Notes: a model not told the origin generated them from the letters alone. DNA of 62,919 nt, filler included, from Octopus bimaculoides (GCF_001194135.2; 8 parts of 7 records of this genome joined end to end with filler, not necessarily neighbours in it), one strand, 5' to 3'; positions 22,136 to 35,779 are shown, counted from the first letter of the whole stretch. A program made the numbers and translations.

Positions 22136-23801
22136 AAGATGCATATACAGTAATCCCTCTAGTATCGCGGGTGTTACGTTCCAAAATCTCGAAGAGAAAT
22201 AATTAAAATCTAAAAAATATGAATACTTATCAGCCGTAGAAACCTGATGAGTCCGCGATTTAAAGTGACATATAATAGCCAGAATAATCCGCGATGTACT
22301 GTGTGCGTGATAGGTGAACCGCGATATGGCGAGTGTTTACTGTACACATATTCATATACATGGCTACCCATCCACCGATAACACACACACACATATATGT
22401 ATACTTCCATACAAAGTGCTGTCAAATAGCTGAATAGTTAAATGTTTTACGAGCATGACGTATGCACGTATTTGTAGGTGCACATTAGAACGTGTGCGTG
22501 TGTGTGTGGTTACGTGTTTGTGTGGTTACGAGTTTGTGCGCGGCGTGCAGGAACAAATGTTGCTTACATATATACCTTTAGGCATGAATTTGTGCGCTCA
22601 TTTGTTTGCATACATATATGTGCATGCTTCAATGTGTCAGCGGGTGCCTGTGTGTACGCGCGCGCGCATTTCTTTGTTAGCGATTAAGGTTTCTCTTCTA
22701 CATTCATACCGAACGTTAGTCGTCAACTACTAGTACACACTCTCTCTTTCATTCTCTCTCCTTTTTCTCCCTCTTTCCGTCCCTCTCTGACTGTATACAT
22801 ACATACATACATAATGCATACACACATACATANNNNNNNNNNNNNNNNNNNNNNNNNNNNNNNNNNNNNNNNNNNNTTAATTAATTAANNNNNNNNNNNN
22901 NNNNNNNNNNNNNNNNNNNNNNNNNNNNNNNNATATATATATATATATATATTTTGTCTATATACATGTATATATATTATATATATCATATATATCTATA
23001 TGTATTACATATATTCATATATGTATATGTATATTTATATATGTATATATACATATGTATGTACACATACACACAGGTATCTATATATATATATATACAT
23101 ACAAACGTACATACATACATACATACATACATACATACATACATACATACATACATACACTCATACACATACGTACATATACGGCAGGGATGTAACGGCA
23201 CCTATCGTGTTGATGCTTATTGTTCTGGCAGGGATTAGATGTAACTTATATTTGAAAACACTTATAGACAGACCTATCTGACTCGCATGTCATCCTGCCA
23301 ATCTTATCATTGCGTCGTACCCCATCCTCAGTCCTTATTTACACAACCCAATCGCGATTGAATCTCGCTGTTTTGAAACCGCCGAACGCACGCGTATCAC
23401 AACTGTCATTGCACTGTTGGTCAACTTGATGATGAGTACAGCTAACCTCGAAACATTGACATACAACTGAGAAAAGACTAACATTTAGATACTTCCTAAG
23501 AAAAAAAAAAAAATTAAAGAATCAAATCACAAAATAGACTTTAAAGAATCTAAAAGAAACACGTAATAGAATATTTGAATCAGAAGATATTCTTGAAACA
23601 ATACGTATTATCTTTACGATATTGTTTGAGAAAATCTGCAATCTATCCAGCACACTTTGATCTACCAATCTATCTATTATTGTCTATGCATATATGTATA
23701 TATGGGTTTATATATATATACACACACATTCGCACACATACACACACACACACACACACACATATATTATATATATTTACGCACACACCCATATATTTAT
23801 G

Positions 23802-23848
<47 letters not shown>

Positions 23849-24643
23849 NNNNNNNNNNNNNNNNNNNNNNNNNNNNNNNNNNNNNNNNNNNNNNNNNNNN
23901 NNNNNNNNNNNNNNNNNNNNNNNNNNNNNNNNNNNNNNNNNNNNNNNNNNNNNNNNNNNNNNNNNNNNNNNNNNNNNNNNNNNNNNNNNNNNNNNNNNNN
24001 NNNNNNNNNNNNNNNNNNNNNNNNNNNNNNNNNNNNNNNNNNNNNNNNNNNNNNNNNNNNNNNNNNNNNNNNNNNNNNNNNNNNNNNNNNNNNNNNNNNN
24101 NNNNNNNNNNNNNNNNNNNNNNNNNNNNNNNNNNNNNNNNNNNNNNNNNNNNNNNNNNNNNNNNNNNNNNNNNNNNNNNNNNNNNNNNNNNNNNNNNNNN
24201 NNNNNNNNNNNNNNNNNNNNNNNNNNNNNNNNNNNNNNNNNNNNNNNNNNNNNNNNNNNNNNNNNNNNNNNNNNNNNNNNNNNNNNNNNNNNNNNNNNNN
24301 NNNNNNNNNNNNNNNNNNNNNNNNNNNNNNNNNNNNNNNNNNNNNNNNNNNNNNNNNNNNNNNNNNNNNNNNNNNNNNNNNNNNNNNNNNNNNNNNNNNN
24401 NNNNNNNNNNNNNNNNNNNNNNNNNNNNNNNNNNNNNNNNNNNNNNNNNNNNNNNNNNNNNNNNNNNNNNNNNNNNNNNNNNNNNNNNNNNNNNNNNNNN
24501 NNNNNNNNNNNNNNNNNNNNNNNNNNNNNNNNNNNNNNNNNNNNNNNNNNNNNNNNNNNNNNNNNNNNNNNNNNNNNNNNNNNNNNNNNNNNNNNNNNNN
24601 NNNNNNNNNNNNNNNNNNNNNNNNNNNNNNNNNNNNNNNNNNN

Positions 24644-24676
<33 letters not shown>

Positions 24677-24699
24677 ATAAGTCGACCATGGTATGGTAT

Positions 24700-25817
24700 G
24701 ATTTGGAAAACTTGAAGAATGTCTACATGATTTTCTAAAAGATAGAAGTCAGGTAGTGGTGGTTAATGAAAACACAAATAATGAGTGGTGTTCCACAGGG
24801 CGCTCTCCTGGGACCCCTGCTATTCATAATGGCCTTCAGTAGCTCAAGTAGCTACTCTTGCTAGCTATGCAGACGAAACAAAAGTCTCTCAGATGATACA
24901 GAACCCTCGAGATTCGTGCATCTGCAACGTCACTTGGACGCAATATTCAGGTGGGCTGAGAAGAATAACATGCAGTTTAATACTGGAAATTCCAAGCCCT
25001 GCGCTACCAACACAGGAAGCTCAATGAAAAGCAGTTAGTATACACTGGCCCAGGAGGGATTTCATTCCCCGAATCAAAATCAGTGCGTGACCTGGGCATC
25101 CGACATGAGTAATGGTGCAGGTTTACATCTGCTCATTGTTAAGTTGACAATAAAATGCAGAAGTCTGAACTTTCAGAGCAATAGAAAAGGAAACCATGAT
25201 GTTTCTGTGGAGGAGTTTCGTTCTCAGCCATCTGGATTACTTCTCCCAGCTGTGATCCCAAACAGTGTAAAATTAACGACGGAACTTGCGGCAATCTAGT
25301 GAAGCTACACAAAGAAGATTGCTAAAATGCGACATATTAACTACTGAGAGACACTGAAAGAGTTAAGACTCTACTTTCTGGAGTGAAGGCGAGAAAGATA
25401 TGCAATAATATACAACTGGAAAATCGTAGAAAAACGTATTCCAAACTTTGACGTTGTTACTTACACAAATAGCAGGATGGAGTGCTACTGCAAGGTACCA
25501 AAAGTCCCAACATTGCCACCAGAATACAGGTCGAGATACTGTAACAGTTTGGGTTTCAAAGGTCCACAAATCTTCAATAACCTCCCACAAAGCCTGAGAG
25601 ACCTGCATGGCGTGAATGTAAACTTTTTCAAGACAAAACTAGATGTACTTCTGTCAAGAGTTCCGGATGAACCTACCTCTACGCAAGAGAACACAAATGA
25701 GGGCAGCAACGTCAAACTCCCTCATGCACCAAATGTCACATATTAGAGGAGGTTTAGTGAAAGTGTAGCAAAGCAAACGGTGATAACCCAACATGGCCGC
25801 AGTCCTTGGACTGAAAC
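24700..25817 (+). mobile_element. CR1/L2-like LINE, RT C-terminal half and 3' end (pseudogenised)
   Basis: GKLEECLHDFLKDRSQVVVVN, SGVPQGALLGPLLFIMA, LASYADETKVSQ, WAEKNNMQFN and GPQIFNNLPQSLRDL, with many frameshifts. Confidence 0.85.
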
Positions 25818-25997
25818 TTAGAAAAAAATATTTACACACGCACACACATACGCTCGTATGTGTATATATATATATATANNNNNNNNNNNNNNNNNNNNNN
25901 NNNNNNNNNNNNNNNNNNNNNNNNNNNNNNNNNNNNNNNNNNNNNNNNNNNNNNNNNNNNNCATCTTTTGGACGTTGACTGATGAGTAATTTGATAC

Positions 25998-27062
25998 GAA
26001 TTTTCTGCCATTCTTGTCTTTCCTATATTATGTCCACAACCTGAACAAGTTATAACAAATTAAATTCTCGGATGCACAAGTGAAGTTGGTCTTAATTGTG
26101 AACCTCTCTCTTTGTTTGAATTGAAATTCCGAGCATTCCAGTAAGTTGGGGCATGTTCTACAGTTTCGATGTCCACATTTTTTAACAATTGGTTTCGCGT
26201 GGTTGTGTAAAGCTTCGTGTTTGTCAGAAGTCTTTTCAGCGATTTGGGTTGCTTTTTACGTTTGATGAATTTATGTGTTATCAGAATGTTGTTCATTTTT
26301 GGATTTCTAGTGAGCATTGGTAGATTTTGTACAACGGTGTTGTATGCCTCATTGTTTCTAGGGTTGTGAGTTGATATATGTGGTAGTGTTTTGAGATGAG
26401 GTGTGGTGTTTCGCTTTGTTTCCTTTAGTATTTTAATGTCTCTTTTCTTGGCACATTTAATTCCACCATCTATAAATGAAGGTGGGTAGTGTCTCCCAGT
26501 TAGTGTGGTTCTGAGGCCTTGAAGACGGAGGTCCTGGGTATTTCCATCAGACACTATTGTGCAAATCCTTTTCACTAAATCGAAGGGAAAATTTCTTTCA
26601 GTGTGTTTTGTGTGGCATGAGCTAAACAAGATATTGCTTCGAGTCCGTTGGCTAACGATAAATGTCATTTACAATTTGGTTGTTGATGTTTTTACATCAG
26701 AATATCTAAGAAAGGGAACTGTTCTTTGCTATAATCCATTGTAAACAGAATGGTAGGCTTTATACTATTTAATATTGATTTAAATTCCAAAAGTTTATCA
26801 ATAGTATCATTCTAAATGATAAAGCAGTTATCCAGATATCTTTTCCAGTTCTCTCTTATATAATGGTGAAATGGATGTCCATACTTTTGAAGTGATACTT
26901 CATATATGGTAAATTGAAAGAATCCCATTATTAAGTTCGCAAGAATATGGGCTACTTTCGTTCCCATCGCAATTCCACATTTTTGTCGATAGTAGGTGTT
27001 ATCAAATAAGAAATAATTGTTCTGAAGTATAAATTTTAAAGTTTCAATAATAGAAATATGGT
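25998..27062 (-). mobile_element. Penelope-like element, 5'-truncated (RT C-terminal motifs, thumb, start of GIY-YIG)
   Basis: ILQNNYFLFDNTYYRQKCGIAMGTKVAHILANLIMG and WKRYLDNCFII (RT); SCHTKHTERNFPFDLVKRICTIVSD (thumb); KCGHRNCRTCPNLLEC...KTNFTCASENL followed by a broken C.GC...IG.T motif (GIY-YIG). Confidence 0.85.
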
Positions 27063-27085
27063 TTATGCCTTTGCGTTTTTGTTCC

Positions 27086-27152
<67 letters not shown>

Positions 27153-28061
27153 TGTGTGTATGTGTATGTATGTGTGTGTATGCCAGTATGTCAGTATGGA
27201 AGGCGTACGTTAAGCGATGACGATGATGTTGATATATGCATATATATATATNNNNNNNNNNNNNNNNNNNNNNNNNNNNNNNNNNNNNNNNNNNNNNNNN
27301 NNNNNNNNNNNNNNNNNNNNNNNNNNNNNNNNNNNNNNNNNNNNNNNNNNNNNNNNNNNNNNNNNNNNNNNNNNNNNNNNNNNNNNNNNNNNNNNNNNNN
27401 NNNNNNNNNNNNNNNNNNNNNNNNNNNNNNNNNNNNNNNNNNNNNNNNNNNNNNNNNNNNNNNNNNNNNNNNNNNNNNNNNNNNNNNNNNNNNNNNNNNN
27501 NNNNNNNNNNNNNNNNNNNNNNNNNNNNNNNNNNNNNNNNNNNNNNNNNNNNNNNNNNNNNNNNNNNNNNNNNNNNNNNNNNNNNNNNNNNNNNNNNNNN
27601 NNNNNNNNNNNNNNNNNNNNNNNNNNNNNNNNNNNNNNNNNNNNNNNNNNNNNNNNNNNNNNNNNNNNNNNNNNNNNNNNNNNNNNNNNNNNNNNNNNNN
27701 NNNNNNNNNNNATATATATATATATATAGAATATGAGAGATTTAGTTCACTGGTGGTCTAATCGAATGGGTTCGCTGAGTAAGTGCTATAATTGGTCATC
27801 CGTTAGGTTCCAAGTTGACAGCTGAGTTTCGAGCTAGGGACCCGTATTAGGCGTCCTTGTTAGCAGGTATACATTAGAGGGAAACGACAACAAAAAACCA
27901 AGACAGGACCAGTATCTCATGACTTGAGATACTCATCTTCCCTTTTTTTCTCTGATACACACACACATTGATATGTTCTATACACCGTTACACATAAGCC
28001 ATTATGCACTAAGTCAGACATACAGTCACGCATAGTAAAGCACCAACACATCCCAACACAT

Positions 28062-28124
<63 letters not shown>

Positions 28125-28535
28125 GAAAAACAACAAACATATATTCGTATACACATAACCAACTAATGGCATACAAAATCAACAAGCGACATCACAACCA
28201 GCTACAGTGTAGCACAGATGAAGAAATCTAACACACCCAATAATTGTACACCTTACATTATATAAACTAGATGTGGAAGACATCTTGGAATTGATGATGC
28301 GTTTCTCGATGATATTACTACTGTTGTTGTTGTTGTTGTTGTCGATTTTATTGTTGTTATTGTTGTTGTACATTGCACTGGTGACACTTCTGTTTACTTA
28401 ATACAACTTTACTGTGTTACTTCTTTATAACAGGAAAGAGACATTGTTTCTTGTGTTTCTTTTCTTTTACTTTTATCTTTTTTTTTTCTTTTCTTGTTAA
28501 ATTTTCAGGTCGATGTTAGTGCAGTTCTTGCTATT

Positions 28536-28576
<41 letters not shown>

Positions 28577-29238
28577 NNNNNNNNNNNNNNNNNNNNNNNN
28601 NNNNNNNNNNNNNNNNNNNNNNNNNNNNNNNNNNNNNNNNNNNNNNNNNNNNNNNNNNNNNNNNNNNNNNNNNNNNNNNNNNNNNNNNNNNNNNNNNNNN
28701 NNNNNNNNNNNNNNNNNNNNNNNNNNNNNNNNNNNNNNNNNNNNNNNNNNNNNNNNNNNNNNNNNNNNNNNNNNNNNNNNNNNNNNNNNNNNNNNNNNNN
28801 NNNNNNNNNNNNNNNNNNNNNNNNNNNNNNNNNNNNNNNNNNNNNNNNNNNNNNNNNNNNNNNNNNNNNNNNNNNNNNNNNNNNNNNNNNNNNNNNNNNN
28901 NNNNNNNNNNNNNNNNNNNNNNNNNNNNNNNNNNNNNNNNNNNNNNNNNNNNNNNNNNNNNNNNNNNNNNNNNNNNNNNNNNNNNNNNNNNNNNNNNNNN
29001 NNNNNNNNNNNNNNNNNNNNNNNNNNNNNNNNNNNNNNNNNNNNNNNNNNNNNNNNNNNNNNNNNNNNNNNNNNNNNNNNNNNNNNNNNNNNNNNNNNNN
29101 NNNNNNNNNNNNNNNNNNNNNNNNNNNNNNNNNNNNNNNNNNNNNNNNNNNNNNNNNNNNNNNNNNNNNNNNNNNNNNNNNNNNNNNNNNNNNNNNNNNN
29201 NNNNNNNNNNNNNNNNNNNNNNNNNNNNNNNNNNNNNN

Positions 29239-29273
<35 letters not shown>

Positions 29274-29414
29274 CATTCATATTTATTGTCATTTACTTTT
29301 TGAGTATTCTTGCGAATGTACATTTCTTAAGTTAGATAATATCCAACAAGCAACACTTTGATGGCACAACATTGTCGTCAGGTATGTATGTATGTATATA
29401 TGTATGTATGCATG

Positions 29415-29474
<60 letters not shown>

Positions 29475-30273
29475 AATCTCTCTCTCTCTATATATGTATA
29501 TATATGTATATATATATGTATATATACATGCATCCATTAGTATTTATGCACATATATGTACACACATACATATCACATACACAATAACAGTGTAGTGTCA
29601 CATACACACACACACACACACACAGACGCACACACAGAGCCTCCTTAAGTGTCTGTATGTGTGCCTATGTCTTCCTGTTTGTTTGTCTGAGAGTTAAATG
29701 AACGACTGACTTGCACTTTCCTCCGTAATTAACTTACGATAGGTCATAAAACAAAACAAAAAAACCAACAAAAAACCAACATCGAAAACGTCAACAAAAA
29801 ACACCAACCACAAGACATTTAAAAAACAAACACAAAAATAAGGAGAGAAAAAAACGCAAAATCAGGCTATGTTTTGAAAGTCTAAGTAATGAAATCAGCA
29901 ATCTTAATGTTGCTCTAATTGTTGTTGTTGTTTATGTTGGTGCTTTTTGTTGTTTCTTGTAGTGTATGCTATGGTTATCTACTCTGCAAGAACGCTAAAC
30001 AGTATTTAAGCGATAACAAAGAATGCTTAAGCGTGTGTATGTGTGCGTGTGTATGTGAGTGTGAGTCTGCGTGTGTAGTGATTATATACATTCACACACA
30101 CATATATACACTCTCACACACGTTTGCACATACATATACAAACATATAAATGTATTTAAATATACNNNNNNNNNNNNNNNNNNNNNNNNNNNNNNNNNNN
30201 NNNNNNNNNTTAATTAATTAANNNNNNNNNNNNNNNNNNNNNNNNNNNNNNNNNNNNNNNNNNNNCCACACAG

Positions 30274-30420
30274 TTTCCGTTAATCAAATTCACTCGGAAG
30301 GCATTAGTCGACGCGGAGCTATAGTAGGAGACACTTGGTAAGACGCCGTGCAGTGGAATTGAACCCGAAAACACTTGGTTTTAAAACAAGATTCTTAACA
30401 ACACAAACATGCCTGCATCT
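30274..30420 (-). mobile_element. SINE family A 5' part
   Basis: cagtttccg...gctatagtaggagacacttgg...gcagtggaattgaacccgaa. Confidence 0.7.
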
Positions 30421-30489
30421 ATTTTCGTGCTTCTACCTTTTTTATGAATACTTTTATACATTAATTTTCCTATTTATTTTTTTTCCTAC

Positions 30490-30693
30490 TCTAGGCACAA
30501 GGCCCGAAATTTTTGAGGAGGGGGCCAGTCGGTTAGATCGACCCCAGTAAGCAACTGGTACTTAATTCATCGACCCCTAAAGGATGAAAGGCAAAGTCGA
30601 CCTCGGCGAAATTTGTACTCAGAACATAAAGACAGACGAAATAACGCTAAACATTTCGTCCGGCGTGCTAACGTCTCTGCCAGCTCACCGCCT
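30490..30693 (-). mobile_element. SINE family B
   Basis: ggcacaaggcc...gatgaaaggcaaagtcgacctcggcg...ctctgccagctcaccgcc. Confidence 0.85.
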
Positions 30694-31314
30694 AAACACT
30701 GAAACTAATATCATGAGCAAAAACATACGGTTTTTGTACCCAGACGAAAAGTATCTATCTCCTCTTCTGAGTGTTTCACGTTCAATTTTCACCCGAAATT
30801 AGGGTGTTTTTTTTTCATCATTGCATTGTACATAAATATAATAAATAAATACCTGTAATATACCGAGGAATAAAATTCATTGAATCGATTATAAGCCTCC
30901 TGCAGACATGTTGGCCTTCTTCCAAGCGAGAAAAGAAATATAATTTTGTAATATTACAACTAAAGAGAAGAAACTGACTTTTTAAAAAAGTGTTATATGA
31001 GGCGTTTATTTTTATTTTTTTTAAATTCTTTAAACAAAATCATTTTTTAGTATAATTGAGATGACAAAACATATTTAGAGATGAAAAATCGTGAAGAAAA
31101 CGAAGGGAAAAAAGAAGAAGATAAATAGAAGATAAGAACCACACAAAAATACAAAAGACGGTGGATGAAGATGAATTAGACAGAAGAAAAAGAAATCAAT
31201 AATGTCACGATATTTTTATTCATCGTTTTTTATACGTTCATTTTTTTGTACACACATGCATATGTATACAGATATGTGTGTGTGTGTACATACATATATA
31301 TAAATATATGTATG

Positions 31315-31345
<31 letters not shown>

Positions 31346-32244
31346 ACACATATATATATCAAATCAATTGTGTTAGTTTGATTAACTTGTTTGGCAACGG
31401 GAGAACTGCTTTAACTCTTAAATTTATTTAAAAAAATCTGATAAATTTCACTTCTAGATCCAATTATTTAAGAAACCGTCTGTCTCTTTTTTTTTTCTCA
31501 AATTTGTTATTCTTTTTTTCTGTTTCCTTTAATTACAGTAAATTTTGGTAATTTTACAATCTTAGAATTATCGTAAAAGTAATTTTAGTTTCATTGTTAG
31601 ATTTTATTTTCGTTACTTGAATATTTTTCTTTTTCATTTCTCACCATTTAACATTATTGCTTCAATTTTCTTTTTATTGTTCGATGTTGAAATTAAAGTG
31701 GCAGAGAAGTATGTTTTCAATGTAAAGTCTTTATTCAACATAAGAATTTTCGAATTTATTTTATTCTTATCATTTCAACGGAGTGAATTTGGCATCCTTC
31801 TCTCGTTAATTATAATGTAAAATGAGGTAACTATAGTGGCAGTGTTGATGCCGTTGGTATTTTAGAGGGTTATTTTTGGCTTGTTTCTATACGTTTTATT
31901 CATTTTTTTCTTCAATAATAAGACCAACAATAGCAACAATGGTTACAGAGTTGGCGCCACCACCAACAATACTAGCAACGATGTAAGCAGATACAACTGT
32001 TAGAAATAGGGATTATCTAAAACAATATCAGTGAAAACAACCAGAAATAGACGAATCGAATAAACTTGCTACGCGGTTCCGCTGTGAGAGAGAAACTATT
32101 GCCATTTCATCGATAACACTCACCTTATTACCTTTAAAATTTCATACAACTTGGGCAAGTGCCTTCTACTATAGCTTCAGGCCGACCAAAGCCTTGTGAG
32201 TAAATTTAGAGGATTTGAGTGGATTTATCGGAGGAAGTATTCTA

Positions 32245-32450
32245 GAACATTCCAGATAGGGGGATTTGGGAGGGGAAAGGAGCGGAAGGAGAGGAAGGTG
32301 AGGAAGGTTTCTCGAACATTCCAGAGAGGCGGATTGGAGATGGGGTAGGGGAGGAATGTGAGGAAGGGGAGCTAAGATTCCTGAACATTCCAGTGAGGGG
32401 TATTTGAGAGGAGGAAGGACGGAATTTTCTATCGCATCCCGACATTTTTT
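32245..32450. repeat. Three 69-bp purine-rich tandem units
   Basis: The gaacattccag anchor occurs at 32245, 32314 and 32383. Confidence 0.8.
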
Positions 32451-32459
32451 CCCTTTTTC

Positions 32460-32830
32460 TCTTCTACTATTTTCTTCTCTTCTATTTATTCTATATCCTT
32501 TCAGAATTTCTACCAGGCGTTACCCATTACAATGCACCTTGGCCTAACGGCCCTTAATGTTTGTCGATTGTTTACTCCCTACCTCCACTCTGTCGTTTTT
32601 TGTTCGTTCGAAGTCCTAACTCCACAAATTTTATATTTTTTAAAATTTCTGGATGCTGCTATTTTATGAAGTTTTCCTATCTTGTTGAAAGCTCGAAATA
32701 GGGAGTAATTAACAGTCGACAACTGAGGAGGGGTTAGATTTCTTACATATTTTGTCCCGTTCTTGTCTGTCTCTCATGTTTTTACGTATTTTCAATCGTT
32801 CGTGATGTCCTGTACTTGATGTATCTTATA
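32460..32830 (+). mobile_element. T-rich non-coding repeat related to the 16558 family
   Basis: It shares ctcGAAA-N24-CTGAGGA and a downstream tcctgtac at similar spacing, and ends next to (AT)n. Confidence 0.5.
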
Positions 32831-33129
32831 TCTATTCATTTATAATCGAACATCACGCAGCCTTGTCCACAGTAAGTCTACTTTGATATATATNNNNNNN
32901 NNNNNNNNNNNNNNNNNNNNNNNNNNNNNNNNNNNNNNNNNNNNNNNNNNNNNNNNNNNNNNNNNNNNNNNNNNNNNNNNNNNNNNNNNNNNNNNNNNNN
33001 NNNNNNNNNNNNNNATATATATATATATATATAGGCACACACACAGGGAGATGTTCCGTATCACAGGAAAGACATCTCGATCAGAAAAATAAAATCATAA
33101 AACAATGACGTTTATTTAGTTAGAGCAGG

Positions 33130-33420
33130 AAAACACCTTCAAAACGATAAAAGATGATCAACATGGCTACGTAGCAGAGGAAATTGAACAAGAAATAACA
33201 GAAAAACCAATTAACGATCTGAAGGAAAACAATAGTTGTGAGGGCAGAAACAAATTTTAATCCACGGAAGAAAAGAATATTACAGGAAAGGAAAGGAGCT
33301 TACTTCAACGTTTAAATATGACATCAATTAGGGATAAAACAAGATTACCAGCTTTGAGAGGGGTTCGAAAGCGAAAAACTGCGTTAGTCAGCAAGAAGAC
33401 TGGACATGCTTTTTAACGAA
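33130..33420 (+). mobile_element. Possible R4/Dong-like LINE N-terminal relic
   Basis: DKTRLPALRGVRKRK resembles the RLP.L motif upstream of the RT in these elements (recalled, not searched). Confidence 0.3.
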
Positions 33421-33934
33421 AAATCAAAATTGTGAACGTTATTTGATTGTTATGAAAAAAATATTTAATAACAGCAATTAATTAAACGGTAATGAATCAA
33501 ATAGAAGAAAACGAAAATACTGTTGGTTATCTGTGTAAATAATACTTTAAAAATTCATTGATCATTATCTGATATAATTAATGTATTGCAAATGTTCATT
33601 CTCACCGGTGATCTGATACCAGATGCAAACAAATAAACCGTTAATATCAACAGCAGATTATTTCAATTACCCACCACGCAAAAACTGGCAAATAATAGAC
33701 CGCTATCATCATCATCATCCTCTTCATCTATTTTTCCATTGCTTGTATGAGTCAGATGGAATATCTATCGAGAGATGCCCTTTTAGTTAGCATCGCTCAC
33801 TCCCAAGTACGGCAATATTTTCCTATGGCCGGACATATTTTTCACGGAAGACTAAAAGCGAACACCCACGCTTGTGTGACGATAATACTCATATAATGTC
33901 TAGAGAAGGGTACACACAAATACATACACCTACA

Positions 33935-33974
<40 letters not shown>

Positions 33975-34455
33975 CATACATACATACATACATACATACA
34001 TACATACATACGTACATACGTACATACGTACATACATACATACATACATACATACATACATACACATGACAGGCTTCTTTCCGTTTCCGTCTGCCAAATC
34101 CACTCGTAAGGCTTTAGTCGGTCGGGATTCAAGTAGAAGCGTTAGTCGAGTACAGAGCGGCAATGAGAAAAAAGAGATGACGAAAGAATGAACGGTTATG
34201 CTATGAACTTCGTAGGGTAATCGTTTACAAGTGTTTCTTATCACCTTTTGTTTCTCGGTCTATCCCGGTAAGAGACAGAGTGCGAATAAAGGTATGTTAT
34301 GATGAATTGAAACATCGTGAAGGGTAAAGATGCTTTACGATTAAAACATCGACAAAATGTTGGATATTCAAGTGAAGGCAGATAAACGTATATGATAATA
34401 CAGAATGTGTGTGTGATTGTAGTATATGTGTGTGTATATATACATATATATATGT

Positions 34456-34486
<31 letters not shown>

Positions 34487-34489
34487 GAC

Positions 34490-34533
<44 letters not shown>

Positions 34534-34599
34534 GCAGACAAGGATAAAGAGGCAGATACATGATTTTCTTTCTCCGTCTTCCCTTTGAACTTTTTCTAT

Positions 34600-34636
34600 A
34601 TTTCTGATGAAGAGCTCTCCGCTCGAAACGTGAAAT
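34600..34636 (+). ncRNA. Minimal type I hammerhead ribozyme motif in a pLTR-like T-rich repeat (34560-34755)
   Basis: attt-CTGATGA-A-GAGC-tctcc-GCTC-GAA-ACGT-G-aaat. Helix I has 4 bp, stem II has 4 bp, and stem III is the palindromic ACGT. Position 17 is G. Confidence 0.7.
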
Positions 34637-34759
34637 CCTTTTTCTTTCTTTTCTTTCCTTTCCTGAGCGTCCAATAACACTGCACTTATTCCACGTCCTC
34701 ACGTTGTTGTTTTTTTCGTGATTTTTTCTTGCTTGTTCATGTTTGGATTGACTAGATGC

Positions 34760-34799
<40 letters not shown>

Positions 34800-34834
34800 N
34801 NNNNNNNNNNNNNNNNNNNNNNNNNNNNNNNNNN

Positions 34835-34866
<32 letters not shown>

Positions 34867-34885
34867 TTATATATTTATATGTATG

Positions 34886-34929
<44 letters not shown>

Positions 34930-35779
34930 CATATATCATATGTATATATATATATTATAAACATATGTGTATATTTGTATATATGTACACACACATATAT
35001 TATGTAATGTATACTAGTGTATGCACGTTGTGCAAGCGTGTGTGTGTGTGTGTGTGTATGTGTGTGTGTGTGTGTATAATCCTTCACATACTCTTGACCA
35101 AGAAAAAAGAACGAACCAACGAATGAATGAAGGAAAGAAGAAATGACGGACATAAGGAAGAAATGACCGAAAAGGCGGAAGGGAGAAATGGGATGGGAAA
35201 ACGCATCAATCTTTCTATCTATAAATCAATCGACAATAAAAGACAACCCTTATTGATTTTTTTACAAATTCTGTTTACACACAACAACAACAACAATAAC
35301 CAACTACACACATTAATCCTACTACTACGACAACAACTAAAGCTGATCTCCCATCATGAAAAACGTTACCCTACGTTAGACACACAACAACAACGTTGAC
35401 TGATCTCGTTTGATTCATGATATAACTGTCTGGATATATATTTGGCTGTTTGTATTATTACATCCCTGCTAATGGTATGAGGGTGGTTAGATATACTGGG
35501 TTGGTGATGTAGGTGGGTGACAGAGAGGATGATATCATTGTGTACTGGGTGACATTTTTAATCCTTTGAACTGGATGCTATAGCTTATATGAGTCAGTAC
35601 GCAATGTGTGTATGTATGTATGCATATATGTATGTATGCATAGATGCATGCATGCATGTATGTATGTATGTATGTATGTATGTATGTATGTATGTGTAAA
35701 TGTAGGTGTATCTATTAATTAAGGCGGCGAGCTAGCAGAAACGTTGGGCTTTGCAAGAGTTGGTTTCATGACCTTTGAT

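Noticed and set aside
28509-28538. Strong plus-strand acceptor followed by VDVSAVLAIY
   Set aside because: The only donor is the start of a (GT)n tract next to a gap, so it cannot be supported.
32245-32450. Regularly spaced gaacattccag as a CRISPR-like array
   Set aside because: The spacers are similar to each other, there are only three units, there are no cas genes, and the context is eukaryotic.
22954-35153. ORFs of YI/HT/CV/MYVC repeats and poly-I or poly-L
   Set aside because: They are translations of di-, tri- and tetranucleotide microsatellites.
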